NCBI GenBank assembly: GCA_044866005.1
Contig: JBIOTN010000057.1
Span: 1 to 64,000 of the forward strand
Length of the DNA: 64,000 nucleotides
Reading direction: 5' to 3'
DNA from: Candidatus Rokuibacteriota bacterium
Lineage (GTDB): Bacteria; Methylomirabilota; Methylomirabilia; Rokubacteriales; DASRDR01
The position numbers were made by a program, and so were the translations under genes. The notes under the pieces are model-generated. The model saw nothing but the letters and a program-made list of their open reading frames with translations, did not search any database and was not told the DNA's origin. Of this stretch, positions 28,310 to 38,144 are shown in pieces (position 1 is the stretch's first letter; each line of letters starts with the position of its first letter).

Positions 28310-29782
28310 ATGAACGCGACCACGGTGGATCGAAACCTCGTCGCCGCGCTCCGGGAGATCGTCGGCCCGGACGGCGTGATTGCGGCCCCGGACGAATGTC
28401 TCGTCTACGAGGCCGACATGCTCGTCTACTATCGGGGCGCGCCCGACGTCGTCGTGCTGCCGGCGAGCACGGCGGAGGTGGCGGCGGTCGTGCGGCTCTG
28501 CCTGGACGCCGGCGTCCCCATCGTGGCCCGGGGGTCCGGCACCGGGCTGATCGGCGGCGCGACGGCCCCGCGCGGCGGCGTCATGATCGGCGTCAACCGC
28601 ATGGACCGCATCCTCGAGCTGAGCCCGCCGAATCGCTACGCGGTCGTGGAGCCGGGCGTCATCAACCTCGCGCTCACCCGGGCCGTCGCCGCGCGCGGCT
28701 ATTTCTTCGCCCCCGACCCCGCGAGCCAGATGGTCTCCTCGATCGGCGGGAACGCCGCGACCAACGCGGGCGGTCCCCACGCCCTGAAGTACGGGAGCGC
28801 CGTGAACCACGTCCTGGGGCTCGAGGTGGTGACCGGGCGCGGGGAGGTGCTCTGGCTCGGCGGCCCCGTCCAGGAGCGGCCCGGCTACGACCTCGCCTCC
28901 GTGATGGTCGGTTCCGAGGGCACCCTCGGCGTGATCACGAAGGTCGCCGTGCGGCTGAGTCGCGCGGGCGAGGCCGTCAAGACGGCGCTCGCCACGTTCC
29001 CCACCATCGAGCTCGCCTGCGAGGCGGTGTCCGCCATCATCGCCGAAGGGATCGTCCCGGCGGCCCTCGAGGCTCTGGACGAGCCCGTGATCCGGGCGGT
29101 CGAAGCGGGGATCAGGGCCGGCTACCCCGCGGATGCGAAGGCCGTGCTCCTGATCGAGCTGGACGGCCCGTGGGCGGAGGTGGAGAGCCAGGCCGAGGCG
29201 GTGGCTGCCATCTGCCGGGCGAAGGGCGCCCTGACCATGCGGGTCGCGAAGGACGACGCGGAGCGGGCGCTCCTCTGGAAGGGGCGGAAGGAGGCCGCCG
29301 GCGCCTTCGGTCGGATCACGCACAACTACGTCCTTCAGGACGCGGTGGTCCCGCGGACGAAGCTGCCGGCGATCATGGCGCAGGTGGCGGCGATCGCGGC
29401 GAGCCGCGGCCTCGTCGTCGCCAACGTCTTCCACGCCGGCGACGGCAACCTCCACCCCATGATCGCCTACGACGACCGGGTGCCCGGCCAGTTCGAGGCG
29501 GCCCTCGACGCCAACGACGCGATCCTCGACGCCTGCATCGCCGCTGGCGGTACGGTGACGGGCGAGCACGGCGTGGGGATGGACAAGGCCGAGAAGCTCG
29601 CCCGCCTCTTCTCGCCTGACGACCTCGCCGCGATGGCAGCCGTCCGCCGCGTCTTCGACCCGCGCGGGCTCATGAACCCGGACAAGGTGTTCCCGACGGG
29701 GGGCGCCTGTCACGAGTCACGGCAGCCGGCGGGCGGCAGCCCCGGCGCGGCGAAGCCGGTGCCCGAGGGCATGTGGGTATGA
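28310..29782 (+). CDS. glcD: Glycolate oxidase FAD subunit GlcD
   Basis: RGSGTGL, APDPASQ..SSIGGN..TNAGGPH, HAGDGNLHP, GEHGVG. Confidence 0.92.
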   Translation: MNATTVDRNLVAALREIVGPDGVIAAPDECLVYEADMLVYYRGAPDVVVLPASTAEVAAVVRLCLDAGVPIVARGSGTGLIGGATAPRGGVMIGVNRMDRILELSPPNRYAVVEPGVINLALTRAVAARGYFFAPDPASQMVSSIGGNAATNAGGPHALKYGSAVNHVLGLEVVTGRGEVLWLGGPVQERPGYDLASVMVGSEGTLGVITKVAVRLSRAGEAVKTALATFPTIELACEAVSAIIAEGIVPAALEALDEPVIRAVEAGIRAGYPADAKAVLLIELDGPWAEVESQAEAVAAICRAKGALTMRVAKDDAERALLWKGRKEAAGAFGRITHNYVLQDAVVPRTKLPAIMAQVAAIAASRGLVVANVFHAGDGNLHPMIAYDDRVPGQFEAALDANDAILDACIAAGGTVTGEHGVGMDKAEKLARLFSPDDLAAMAAVRRVFDPRGLMNPDKVFPTGGACHESRQPAGGSPGAAKPVPEGMWV

Positions 29783-31098
29783 CGGCCGACGCGCGGGTCA
29801 TCGGCGCCGACCTCGCCGCGGTCGTGGGTGAGGCCCACGTCCGGACCGGCGCCGGGGCGGCGGCCTTCGCGATCGACGGACGCGCGCCACGCTGGGCGGT
29901 CTCTCCCGGCGCCGTGGCCGAGGTGAGTCGCTGCCTGGCCCTCGCCGCGGCCCACGGGCTGGCGGTCGCACCGACCGGCCGCGGGACCCGCCGGCACTGG
30001 GGCAACCCGCCCCGCGCGCTCGACCTCGTGCTCTCGCTCGACCGCCTCGACCGGGTGCTCCACCACGAGCCGGCGGACCTCACCGTCTCGGTGGAGGCCG
30101 GCATCCGGCTTCAGGCGCTCAACGCGACGCTTCGCCCGCACCGGCAGGGCCTGCCGCTCGACCCGCCGCGGGCGGGCGACTCCACGATCGGCGGGCTCAT
30201 CGCCACGGCCGCGAGCGGGCCTTACCGCGCGCGCTACGGGACCCCGCGGGAGCTGCTGCTCGGCGTCAGCGTGGTCCAGGCCGACGGCACGCCGGTGAAG
30301 GGCGGGGGGCAGGTCGTCAAGAACGCCACCGGCTACGACATGCCGAAGCTCCACGTCGGCGCGCTCGGCACGCTCGGGGTCGTCGTCAGCGCTCACCTCC
30401 GACTCCATCCGCTGCCGGCCGCCGAGGCGAGCTGGCTCTTCGGATTCCCGAGTGCCGAGGGGGTCCTCGAGGCGGCGCTCGGGGTCATGGACACGCCGCT
30501 CGTCCCCAGCCGGCTCGAGCTGGTGGACGGCGCGACGCTGGTCGCCCTCGGCTACACCGCGCCCCCCCCGGCGGCGCTCGCCGTGACCATCGGGAGCGTG
30601 GCCGAGGGCGTCCGCGCGCAGGGTGAGCGGCTCACCGAGCTCTGCCGCCGGGGCGGCGGGCTGGCGCTCCCTCTGGACGAGGCCGACGCGTGGTGGACGC
30701 AGCTCGGCGACAGCGCGGCGCCGGCCGAGGGTGAGGCCGGCCTCGGCCTCCGGATCGGAGTGCGGCCGACCGACGTCGTGAAGGCGCTGCGCGCGGTGGA
30801 GGCGGCGGCGGCCGGCGCGGCGAGCGTCCGGGCGACGGCGGAGCTCGCCAACGGGGTCCTCCACGTCGTGCTGGCAGGGCCGGGCGTGGCGGACGCGCCG
30901 AGCCTGGTGAGCCGCCTGCGCGCGGGCCTCGCGCCACTCGACGGCACGTGCGTCGTCGAGCACGTGGCGCCTCGTGCGAAGGCCGGCCTCGACGTCTGGG
31001 GCGACGTCGGCCCGGTGCTTCCGCTCATGCGGCGGCTCAAGGACGAGCTGGATCCGCGTGGAATCCTGAATCCGGGCCGCTACGTGGGCGGGATCTGA
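29779..31098 (+). CDS. glcE: Glycolate oxidase FAD subunit GlcE
   Basis: HEPADLTVSVEAG, GGQVVKNATGYD..KL..GALGTLG, DPRGILNPGR. Confidence 0.9.
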   Translation: MTADARVIGADLAAVVGEAHVRTGAGAAAFAIDGRAPRWAVSPGAVAEVSRCLALAAAHGLAVAPTGRGTRRHWGNPPRALDLVLSLDRLDRVLHHEPADLTVSVEAGIRLQALNATLRPHRQGLPLDPPRAGDSTIGGLIATAASGPYRARYGTPRELLLGVSVVQADGTPVKGGGQVVKNATGYDMPKLHVGALGTLGVVVSAHLRLHPLPAAEASWLFGFPSAEGVLEAALGVMDTPLVPSRLELVDGATLVALGYTAPPPAALAVTIGSVAEGVRAQGERLTELCRRGGGLALPLDEADAWWTQLGDSAAPAEGEAGLGLRIGVRPTDVVKALRAVEAAAAGAASVRATAELANGVLHVVLAGPGVADAPSLVSRLRAGLAPLDGTCVVEHVAPRAKAGLDVWGDVGPVLPLMRRLKDELDPRGILNPGRYVGGI

Positions 31099-31102
31099 GG
31101 CC

Positions 31103-32440
31103 GTGACGGAGTCGGGCGTGACCGTAGGTCGCGAGCCCAGCGCGCTCGCCCGGCCCCTCGGGGCCTTCGACGCCGAGGAGCCGCCCGACTGGGAGGGGCT
31201 CCTCGACTGCGTCCACTGCGGGATCTGTCTCCCGCAGTGCCCGACGTACCGCGTGCTCCGGCAGGAGATGGATTCCCCGCGTGGCCGGCTCTACCTCATG
31301 CGCGCGGCGGCCGAGGGCCGGATCGGGCTCACCGACAACTTCGTGACCCACATGGACCGCTGCCTCGGCTGCCGGGCGTGCGAGAGCGCGTGCCCGTCCG
31401 GCGTGCCGTTCGGTCAGCTCCTGGAGGCGACGCGCGGCCAGATCGAGCGGCGCGTGCCCCGGCCGTTCGCGCGCAAGCTCCTCGGCCGGCTGATCCTGGG
31501 GACCTTCTCCGACCGGCGCCGGCTGGCCCGGGCCCTGAGCCTCTTGCGGCTCTACCAGGGCTCCGGCCTCCAGCGGATCGTCCGCGGCGCCGGTCTCCTC
31601 CGGCCGTTTCCGCGGCTGGCCGCGATGGAGCAGCTGCTCCCGCCGCTGGGCACGGAGCACCCGGCGCCCCTGCCGCCCCGCCTGCCGGCCGAGGGATCGT
31701 CCCGCGGGACGGTGGCGCTCCTGGTCGGCTGTGTCCAGGCGCTGCTCTTCCCCGAGGTGAACCGGGCGACGGCGCGCCTCCTGGCCCGCGCCGGGTACAC
31801 CGTCCTCGTCCCCCCCGAGCAGGGCTGCTGCGGGGCGCTCCACCTCCACGCGGGGGACCGCGTGAGCGCGCGGCGGCTCGCCCGCGCCAACCGCGACGCC
31901 TTCGCCGGCGCCGACTGGGTGGTCACCAACGCGGCCGGCTGCGGCGCGGCGCTCCGCGAGTACGGTCACCTCCTCGGCGAGGACGGGACCTCGCTCGGCG
32001 AGCGGGTCCGCGACGTCTCCGAGCTGCTCGCCGCCGCGCTGCCGGGCCCGCGGCAGGCGCTGCCGGTCACGGTGACCTACCACGAGCCCTGCCACCTGGC
32101 CCACGGCCAGCGGGTGCGCGAGGCGCCGCGGGCGCTCCTCCGGGCGATCCCGGGGCTCCGCCTCGCCGAGCTCCAGGAGGCCGACCTCTGCTGCGGCTCG
32201 GCCGGCATCTACAACCTCTTCGAGCCCGAGATCGCCGGGGCCCTCCTCGAGCAGAAGCTCGACCGGATCGTGGAGACGGGCGCGACCATCGTCGCGAGCG
32301 GCAATCCGGGCTGCCTGCTCCAGCTCCGCATGGGGCTCGCGCGCCGCGGCCTCCCGATCCGCGCGCACCATCCGGTGGAGCTCCTCGCCTGGTCCGTGGA
32401 AGGGACGGAAGGGGACCGCGCTCCCTTCCAGCCGCACTAG
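31103..32440 (+). CDS. glcF: Glycolate oxidase Fe-S subunit GlcF
   Basis: CVHCGICLPQCP and CLGCRACESACP; two CCG domains. Confidence 0.92.
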   Translation: MTESGVTVGREPSALARPLGAFDAEEPPDWEGLLDCVHCGICLPQCPTYRVLRQEMDSPRGRLYLMRAAAEGRIGLTDNFVTHMDRCLGCRACESACPSGVPFGQLLEATRGQIERRVPRPFARKLLGRLILGTFSDRRRLARALSLLRLYQGSGLQRIVRGAGLLRPFPRLAAMEQLLPPLGTEHPAPLPPRLPAEGSSRGTVALLVGCVQALLFPEVNRATARLLARAGYTVLVPPEQGCCGALHLHAGDRVSARRLARANRDAFAGADWVVTNAAGCGAALREYGHLLGEDGTSLGERVRDVSELLAAALPGPRQALPVTVTYHEPCHLAHGQRVREAPRALLRAIPGLRLAELQEADLCCGSAGIYNLFEPEIAGALLEQKLDRIVETGATIVASGNPGCLLQLRMGLARRGLPIRAHHPVELLAWSVEGTEGDRAPFQPH

Positions 32441-32442
32441 CC

Positions 32443-32769
32443 GTGCAAGTCGTGCGGCTCCGGGAGCGGGTGGCGTTCCAGGACGCGAAGATGGCGCGTC
32501 AGCGCCTGCTCGGGACCTCGCGGTGCCAGGCCGATCTCTACTGCCTCAAGCCGGGCCAGTCGCAGGCCGTCCATACCCACGCGGACCAGGACAAGCTATA
32601 CTTCGGAGTGGAAGGGGTCGGACGCATCCGGGTGGCGGGCGAGGAGCAGCGGCTCGAGCCCGGCGTGCTCGTGCTCGCGCCTGCGAGCGTCGAGCACGGC
32701 CTCTCGAACCCGGGAGAGACGCCACTGGTGGTTCTCGTCATCGTCGTGCCCCCGCCGACGCACGGCTGA
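32443..32769 (+). CDS. Cupin-domain protein
   Basis: PGQSQAVHTH..QDK...EG.G...HGLSN. Confidence 0.82.
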   Translation: MQVVRLRERVAFQDAKMARQRLLGTSRCQADLYCLKPGQSQAVHTHADQDKLYFGVEGVGRIRVAGEEQRLEPGVLVLAPASVEHGLSNPGETPLVVLVIVVPPPTHG

Positions 32770-32775
32770 ACCGGC

Positions 32776-33525
32776 GTGCCGAGCGCGGCCGTCCTGGTCA
32801 CCTGTCTCGTGGACCTCTTCTACCCCGAGGTCGGCGTCGCGCTGGTCCGTCTCCTCCGCCGCCACGGCGTACGGGTCGCGGTGCCGGACGGCCAGACCTG
32901 CTGCGGGCTGCCGCTCTTCAACTCGGGGTACCGGGCCGAGGCCGCACGGGTCGCGCGCCGCACCATTCCGCTCTTCGCCGATGCCGAGCACGTGGTCGTC
33001 CCGTCGGGGTCGTGCGCCTGGATGGTCAAGGCCGAATACCCGCACCTCTTCCCGGACGACCCACCGGCGACGCGCGCGGCGACGGCGCTCGCCGCGAAGA
33101 CCTACGAGCTCTCCCAGTTCCTCGTCTCCGTCCTCGGGGTGGAGAAGGTCCCGGCCACGGGGGGAGCCGCGAGCGGGCGGATCACCTACCACGACTCCTG
33201 CCACCTCCTGCGGGGGCTCGGCGAGGCGCGGGCCCCGCGGACGCTCCTCCGGAACGCCGGGGTGGAGGTCGTCGAGCTGCCGGGCGCGGACGAGTGCTGC
33301 GGCTTCGGCGGCTCGTTCGCGGTGCGACTCCCCGAGGTCTCGGGGGCGATCCTGGGACGCAAGCTCGAGAACGTCCGGGCCACCGGCGCCGACGCGGTCG
33401 TCGTCTGTGACGCGGGCTGCCTCATGCAGATGGCGGGCGGGGCACGGCGGGCGGGAGATCGCGTCCGTGTGCTCCACCTGGCGGAGCTGCTGGCCGGGGA
33501 GGCGGACGGTGCAGGCGACGCCTGA
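32776..33525 (+). CDS. lutA: Lactate utilisation protein A (CCG Fe-S)
   Basis: TCLVDLFYP, QTCCG, YHDSCH, ECCGFGG. Confidence 0.88.
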   Translation: MPSAAVLVTCLVDLFYPEVGVALVRLLRRHGVRVAVPDGQTCCGLPLFNSGYRAEAARVARRTIPLFADAEHVVVPSGSCAWMVKAEYPHLFPDDPPATRAATALAAKTYELSQFLVSVLGVEKVPATGGAASGRITYHDSCHLLRGLGEARAPRTLLRNAGVEVVELPGADECCGFGGSFAVRLPEVSGAILGRKLENVRATGADAVVVCDAGCLMQMAGGARRAGDRVRVLHLAELLAGEADGAGDA

Positions 33526-34948
33526 GGCCGGCTCGTTCACGCTCCGCGCCCGCGGGGCGATCGGCGACCGGTTCCTCCAGGAGGCCCTGTCGACGGCGAC
33601 GAGCAAGTTCGGCGAGGCGCGGAGCCGCGCCCTTGCCGAGTTCCCGGACAGCGAGCGCTACCGCCAGCGGGCGCGGGAGATCAAGGAAGCGACGCTGGAG
33701 CGCCTCGACGAGCACCTCGAGCGGCTCGCCGACAACGTGGAGCGTGCCGGCGGCGTCGTGCACTGGGCCCGGGATGCCGCGGAGGCGCGCCAGATCATCC
33801 TCGGGCTGGCGCACGCGCGCGGGGCCCGCCTCGTCGTCAAGTCGAAGTCGATGGCGACCGAGGAGATCCACCTGAACGAGGCCCTCGAGGCGGCCGGCAT
33901 CGCCGCGGTCGAGACCGACCTCGGCGAGTACATCATCCAGCTCGCCCACGAGCGGCCGTCGCACATCATCGTGCCGGCGGTCCACAAGACCCGGGCGCAG
34001 ATCGCGACGCTCTTCACCGCGGCGACGCGCCGGGTCGTGGCGGCCGAGCCCGAGGCGCTGACGCGCGTGGCCCGGGAGGAGCTGCGGGCGCGCTTCCTCC
34101 AGGCCGACATGGGAATCTCCGGCGTGAACTTCGCGATCGCCGAGACCGGCACGCTCGTGCTGGTGACCAACGAGGGCAACGGACGCCTCGTGACGACCCT
34201 GCCGCGGACCCACGTGGCGGTCATGGGGGTGGACAAGGTCATCCCTGCCCTGGCGGACCTCATGGTGTTCCTCCAGCTCCTCCCGCGCGCCGCCACGGGG
34301 CAGACCCTCACGGCCTACACGAATCTGATCCGAGGGCCGCGGCGGGCGGGGGAGACGGACGGGCCGGACGAGCTCCACCTCGTCATCCTCGACAACGGGC
34401 GCGTCGCGCAGCTGGCCGGGCCGTTGCGCGAGGCGCTCTACTGCCTGCGCTGCGGGGCCTGCCTGAACGTCTGCCCCGTCTACCGCCAGGTCGGCGGCCA
34501 CGCCTACGGCCACACCTATCCCGGCCCGATCGGGATCCTTCTCACCGCGATGCTCGAGGGGACCGGTGCGGTGCGCGACCTCGCCCACGCCTCGAGCCTC
34601 TGCGGCGCGTGCCTGGAGGCCTGCCCGGTGAAGATCGACATCCCGCGGATGCTCGTCGCGCTCCGCACCCGGCTCGACGTCGAGCGCCTGGCCCCCGCGC
34701 CCGAGCGGCTCCTCTTCCGGACCCTGGGCCGGCTCCTGCGTCGTCCGGCGCTCTTCCGCGCGGCGGGGCGGGGTGCCCGGTGGCTCCAGCGGCCGCTCGT
34801 CGCCCCGGACGGGCGGCTTCGGGGCCTTCCCGGCTTCTTCCGCGGCTGGACGGCCTCCCGGGACCTTCCGCCGCTCGCGGAGCGGTCGTTCAGCGAACGC
34901 TGGCAGACGCTCCGCGCCGAGGAGCGCAGGCCCGGCGTCGGACCATGA
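33509..34948 (+). CDS. lutB: Lactate utilisation protein B
   Basis: KSKSMATEEI, ETDLGEYI, CLRCGACLNVCP, YPGPIG, CGACLEACPVKID. Confidence 0.92.
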   Translation: MQATPEAGSFTLRARGAIGDRFLQEALSTATSKFGEARSRALAEFPDSERYRQRAREIKEATLERLDEHLERLADNVERAGGVVHWARDAAEARQIILGLAHARGARLVVKSKSMATEEIHLNEALEAAGIAAVETDLGEYIIQLAHERPSHIIVPAVHKTRAQIATLFTAATRRVVAAEPEALTRVAREELRARFLQADMGISGVNFAIAETGTLVLVTNEGNGRLVTTLPRTHVAVMGVDKVIPALADLMVFLQLLPRAATGQTLTAYTNLIRGPRRAGETDGPDELHLVILDNGRVAQLAGPLREALYCLRCGACLNVCPVYRQVGGHAYGHTYPGPIGILLTAMLEGTGAVRDLAHASSLCGACLEACPVKIDIPRMLVALRTRLDVERLAPAPERLLFRTLGRLLRRPALFRAAGRGARWLQRPLVAPDGRLRGLPGFFRGWTASRDLPPLAERSFSERWQTLRAEERRPGVGP

Positions 34949-35679
34949 CCACGCGCGAGGCGTTCCTCGACGGTGTCCGCCGCGAGATGGCCAGGCTCGG
35001 CGGCCTCCCCAGCGCCACCCCCGGGGCGCGCCCCCCGGATCCGGTCACCGCGGCGGCGGTGGTCCGCGAGCGCGCGCGGGGCGACTGGGAGCGGCTGCTG
35101 GCGCGCTTCCGCGCGGAAGCCGAGCGCGTCGGCACGATCTTCCACCGTGTGCCGACCGTGGAGGCCGCGGGCGAGGTCGTGCTCGGGCTGGCGCAGGCGC
35201 GGGGTGCCCGCCGCGTGGCGAGCTGGGCGCGCCGCCGGCTCGGCGTGGTGGCCGAGGTGGCGAGCGGGCTCGTCCGGGCCGGTCTCGAAGTGCTCGAGGC
35301 CTCCCCGGAGGAGCTGCCGGACGCCGCGCGCGACCGCTTGCGCGCCCTCGTGGCCGAGGCGGACCTCGGGTTGACGACGGCCGACCTCGCGATCGCGGAG
35401 ACGGGGTCGCTCGTGCTCGCATCGGGGGTCGGCAAGGGGCGGAGCGTGTCGCTCCTGCCGCCGTGCCATGTCGCCGTGCTGGGGCGCGCCGAGCTCGTGC
35501 CCGGCCTCGCCGAGGCCGGAGTCGTGCTCGAGGCCTGGCACGCGGCGCCCCGGCTGGACGCCGGCGCCAACATCGTGTTCGTCACGGGACCGAGCCGGAC
35601 GGCCGACATCGAGCTCACGCTGATCCGCGGCGTGCACGGGCCCAGGGAGGTGCACGCCGTGTTCGTGGACGCGCTGTGA
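34945..35679 (+). CDS. lutC: Lactate utilisation protein C (LUD domain)
   Basis: AIAETGSL, SLLPPCH, TGPSRTADIE...GVHGP. Confidence 0.9.
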   Translation: MTTREAFLDGVRREMARLGGLPSATPGARPPDPVTAAAVVRERARGDWERLLARFRAEAERVGTIFHRVPTVEAAGEVVLGLAQARGARRVASWARRRLGVVAEVASGLVRAGLEVLEASPEELPDAARDRLRALVAEADLGLTTADLAIAETGSLVLASGVGKGRSVSLLPPCHVAVLGRAELVPGLAEAGVVLEAWHAAPRLDAGANIVFVTGPSRTADIELTLIRGVHGPREVHAVFVDAL

Positions 35680-35701
35680 GGCCGCCGGCGCGCTGAACGC
35701 G

Positions 35702-36121
35702 ATGGCCGAGGAGGCGAAGAAGTTCTTCACGGTGGACGAGGCGGAGCGGCTGATCCCGCGCCTGGAGCCGATCATGCGACGCGTGGCCGACTGCCGCGCG
35801 CGGGCGGGCGAGCTACGCGACGCGCTCCAGGAGGCGCAGCGCCGGGTCATGCTGGCCGGCGGCGTCCGGCTCGACCAGGAGTTCTGGCGCGCGAGGCGGG
35901 CACAGCTCGGCGCAGTCATGGCGGAGCTCCACGAGAAGCTCGGCGAGATTGTCAGCCTGGGAGCGCTCCCCAAGGACCTCGGGATGGGGCTGGTCGACTT
36001 CCCGGCGCGCCTCGGCGAGCGCGAGGTGAACCTCTGCTGGCGGTCCGGAGAGGAGCGCATCCGGTTCTGGCACGGGCTCGACGAGGGCTACGCCAACCGG
36101 AAGCCGCTGCCGGGCCGGTGA
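35702..36121 (+). CDS. DUF2203-family protein
   Basis: FTVDEA..LIP...KD...GLVDFP...LCW..GE..I.FWH...GY..RKP. Confidence 0.8.
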   Translation: MAEEAKKFFTVDEAERLIPRLEPIMRRVADCRARAGELRDALQEAQRRVMLAGGVRLDQEFWRARRAQLGAVMAELHEKLGEIVSLGALPKDLGMGLVDFPARLGEREVNLCWRSGEERIRFWHGLDEGYANRKPLPGR

Positions 36122-36131
36122 GGGGCGAGCG

Positions 36132-37124
36132 ATGCAGCTGATTCCGGCGAACACGGGCTCCTACCCGCGGATTGGCGACACGCCGGAGGCGCAACGACAC
36201 CGGCGCGCGTACGCGCAGCGGGAGCGCGGCGAGATCTCGGCGAGCGAGTGGCAGACGGTCGAGGACGAGTCGACGCGCGAGATCGTGGCCGAGCAGCTCG
36301 CCGCCGGCGTCGAGCTGCCGACCGATGGGCTGGTGCGCTGGTACGACCCGATCTCGCACCTCGCCCGTCCGCTCGCGCACGTGACGATCGACGGCCTCCT
36401 GCGCTACTTCGACACGAACTTCTACTTCCGGCAGCCGGTCGTGAGCGGTCGGATCGCCCGGCGGGAGCCCACCCTCGCGCGCGAGTTCGAGGTGGCCCGC
36501 GACGCCGCCGCCCCGCGGCCGGTGAAGGCGGTCCTCACCGGGCCGTACAGCCTGGCCCGGGGCTCCATCCTCGAGGCGGGCTACCGGGACCGCGACGCGC
36601 TCGTCCAGGCCTACGCCGAGGTGCTGGCGGCCGAGATCGCGGACCTGGCACGGGCCGGCGCGACCCTGATCCAGGTGGACGAGCCCTTCCTGCTCCAGCA
36701 CCCCGAGGACGCGGACCTGGTCGCCCAGACCTTCGCGACGCTCGCGGCGGCGCGGGGCACGGCGCGGCTCGCCTGCTACACCTACTTCGGCGACGCGCTG
36801 CCGCTGTACGACGACCTCCAGGCGCTCCCCGTGGACGTGCTGGGCTTTGACTTCACGTACAGCCCGAAGCTCGCGGATCGGATCGCCGAGACCGGCAGCG
36901 ACAAGACGCTCGGCCTGGGCCTGATCGACGGCCGCAACACCAAGCTGGAGACCCGCGAGACGGTGTACCCGGTCCTGGACCGCGTCCTGCCGCGTCTGCG
37001 CGACAGTGCGTACCTCAACCCCTCCTGCGGTCTGGAGTTCCTGCCCCGGGACCGCGCCCGGGCGAAGCTCGAGTCGATGGCCCGGCTGGCTCGCGAATAC
37101 GCCGGCGGGAGGAGCGTGAGATGA
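36132..37124 (+). CDS. Cobalamin-independent methionine synthase, N-terminal-like half (split MetE)
   Basis: GSYPRIG, RYFDTNFYFRQP, VLTGPYSL, QVDEP; lacks the HxC Zn motif. Confidence 0.8.
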   Translation: MQLIPANTGSYPRIGDTPEAQRHRRAYAQRERGEISASEWQTVEDESTREIVAEQLAAGVELPTDGLVRWYDPISHLARPLAHVTIDGLLRYFDTNFYFRQPVVSGRIARREPTLAREFEVARDAAAPRPVKAVLTGPYSLARGSILEAGYRDRDALVQAYAEVLAAEIADLARAGATLIQVDEPFLLQHPEDADLVAQTFATLAAARGTARLACYTYFGDALPLYDDLQALPVDVLGFDFTYSPKLADRIAETGSDKTLGLGLIDGRNTKLETRETVYPVLDRVLPRLRDSAYLNPSCGLEFLPRDRARAKLESMARLAREYAGGRSVR

Positions 37125-38122
37125 GCCGTCAGAAGCTCGAGAGCCTCGGCCTCACCCTGCCGATCCTGCCCACCTCCACGGTGGGGAGCTTTCCCAAGCC
37201 GCCGTACCTGACCGAGGCGCGGGCGAAGCTCGCCCGGAACGCCATCACCCGCGCCGAGCTCGACCGCCTGGAACGCCAGGCCACCGAGTTCTGGGTCCGG
37301 GCGCAGGAAGAGCTGGGCGTGGACGTGCTCGTGGACGGCGAGCAGTACCGGGGCGACATGGTCGCCTACTTCGCCGAGCTGATGGGTGGGTTCGCACCCG
37401 GCGGCCTCGTGCGCTCCTACGGCAACCGCTACTACCACAAGCCCGTGATCGTCGGCGAGGTGAAGTGGCCCGGGGCGATGACCGTCGCCTGGTGGCGCTT
37501 CACGCAGTCGCTGACGAGCCGGCCGGTGAAGGGCATGCTGACGGGGCCCTACACGATCATGGATTGGTCGTTCAACGACTACTACCCCGACCGCAAGAGC
37601 GCGTGCCTCGCGCTGGCCCGCGAGGTCCGGAAGGAGCTCGAGGCGCTGCTCGAAGCGGGGGCGAAGATCATCCAGATCGACGAGCCCGCCCTCTCCGTGC
37701 GGCCGGACGAGCTCCCGTTCGCCGTCGACGCCATGCACGTCGTGGTGGAGGGCCTGCCCGCCTACTACATCAGCCACGCGTGCTTCGGCGCCTTCGAGAC
37801 CATCTACCCGGGGCTGCTCGACCTGCCCGTCGACAACCTCGACCTGGCCATCTCCCACAGTGCCCTGGACCTGCTCGCGATGTTCGCAAAGGATCCCTTC
37901 ACCAAGGACCTCTCGCTCGGCGTGCTCGACGTCCACACCCACGCGGTCGAGTCGCCCGACGAGGTCAAGGCACGGATCATGCGCGGCGCCGGCGTGCTGC
38001 CGAAAGAGCGGATCTGGGTGGATCCGGACTGCGGCTTGAAGACCCGGACGGTGGACGAGGCCCGAGGAAAGCTGGCTTCCATGATGGCCGCGGTGCGGCA
38101 GGTGCGAGGCGCGCTGGCCTGA
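37121..38122 (+). CDS. metE: Cobalamin-independent methionine synthase, catalytic half
   Basis: VGSFPKP, DGEQYRGDMV.YF, KGMLTGP.T, QIDEPA, HAC and PDCGLKT Zn ligands. Confidence 0.9.
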   Translation: MSRQKLESLGLTLPILPTSTVGSFPKPPYLTEARAKLARNAITRAELDRLERQATEFWVRAQEELGVDVLVDGEQYRGDMVAYFAELMGGFAPGGLVRSYGNRYYHKPVIVGEVKWPGAMTVAWWRFTQSLTSRPVKGMLTGPYTIMDWSFNDYYPDRKSACLALAREVRKELEALLEAGAKIIQIDEPALSVRPDELPFAVDAMHVVVEGLPAYYISHACFGAFETIYPGLLDLPVDNLDLAISHSALDLLAMFAKDPFTKDLSLGVLDVHTHAVESPDEVKARIMRGAGVLPKERIWVDPDCGLKTRTVDEARGKLASMMAAVRQVRGALA

Positions 38123-38144
38123 GGGCCGGGGGCCGCCCGTCTCG

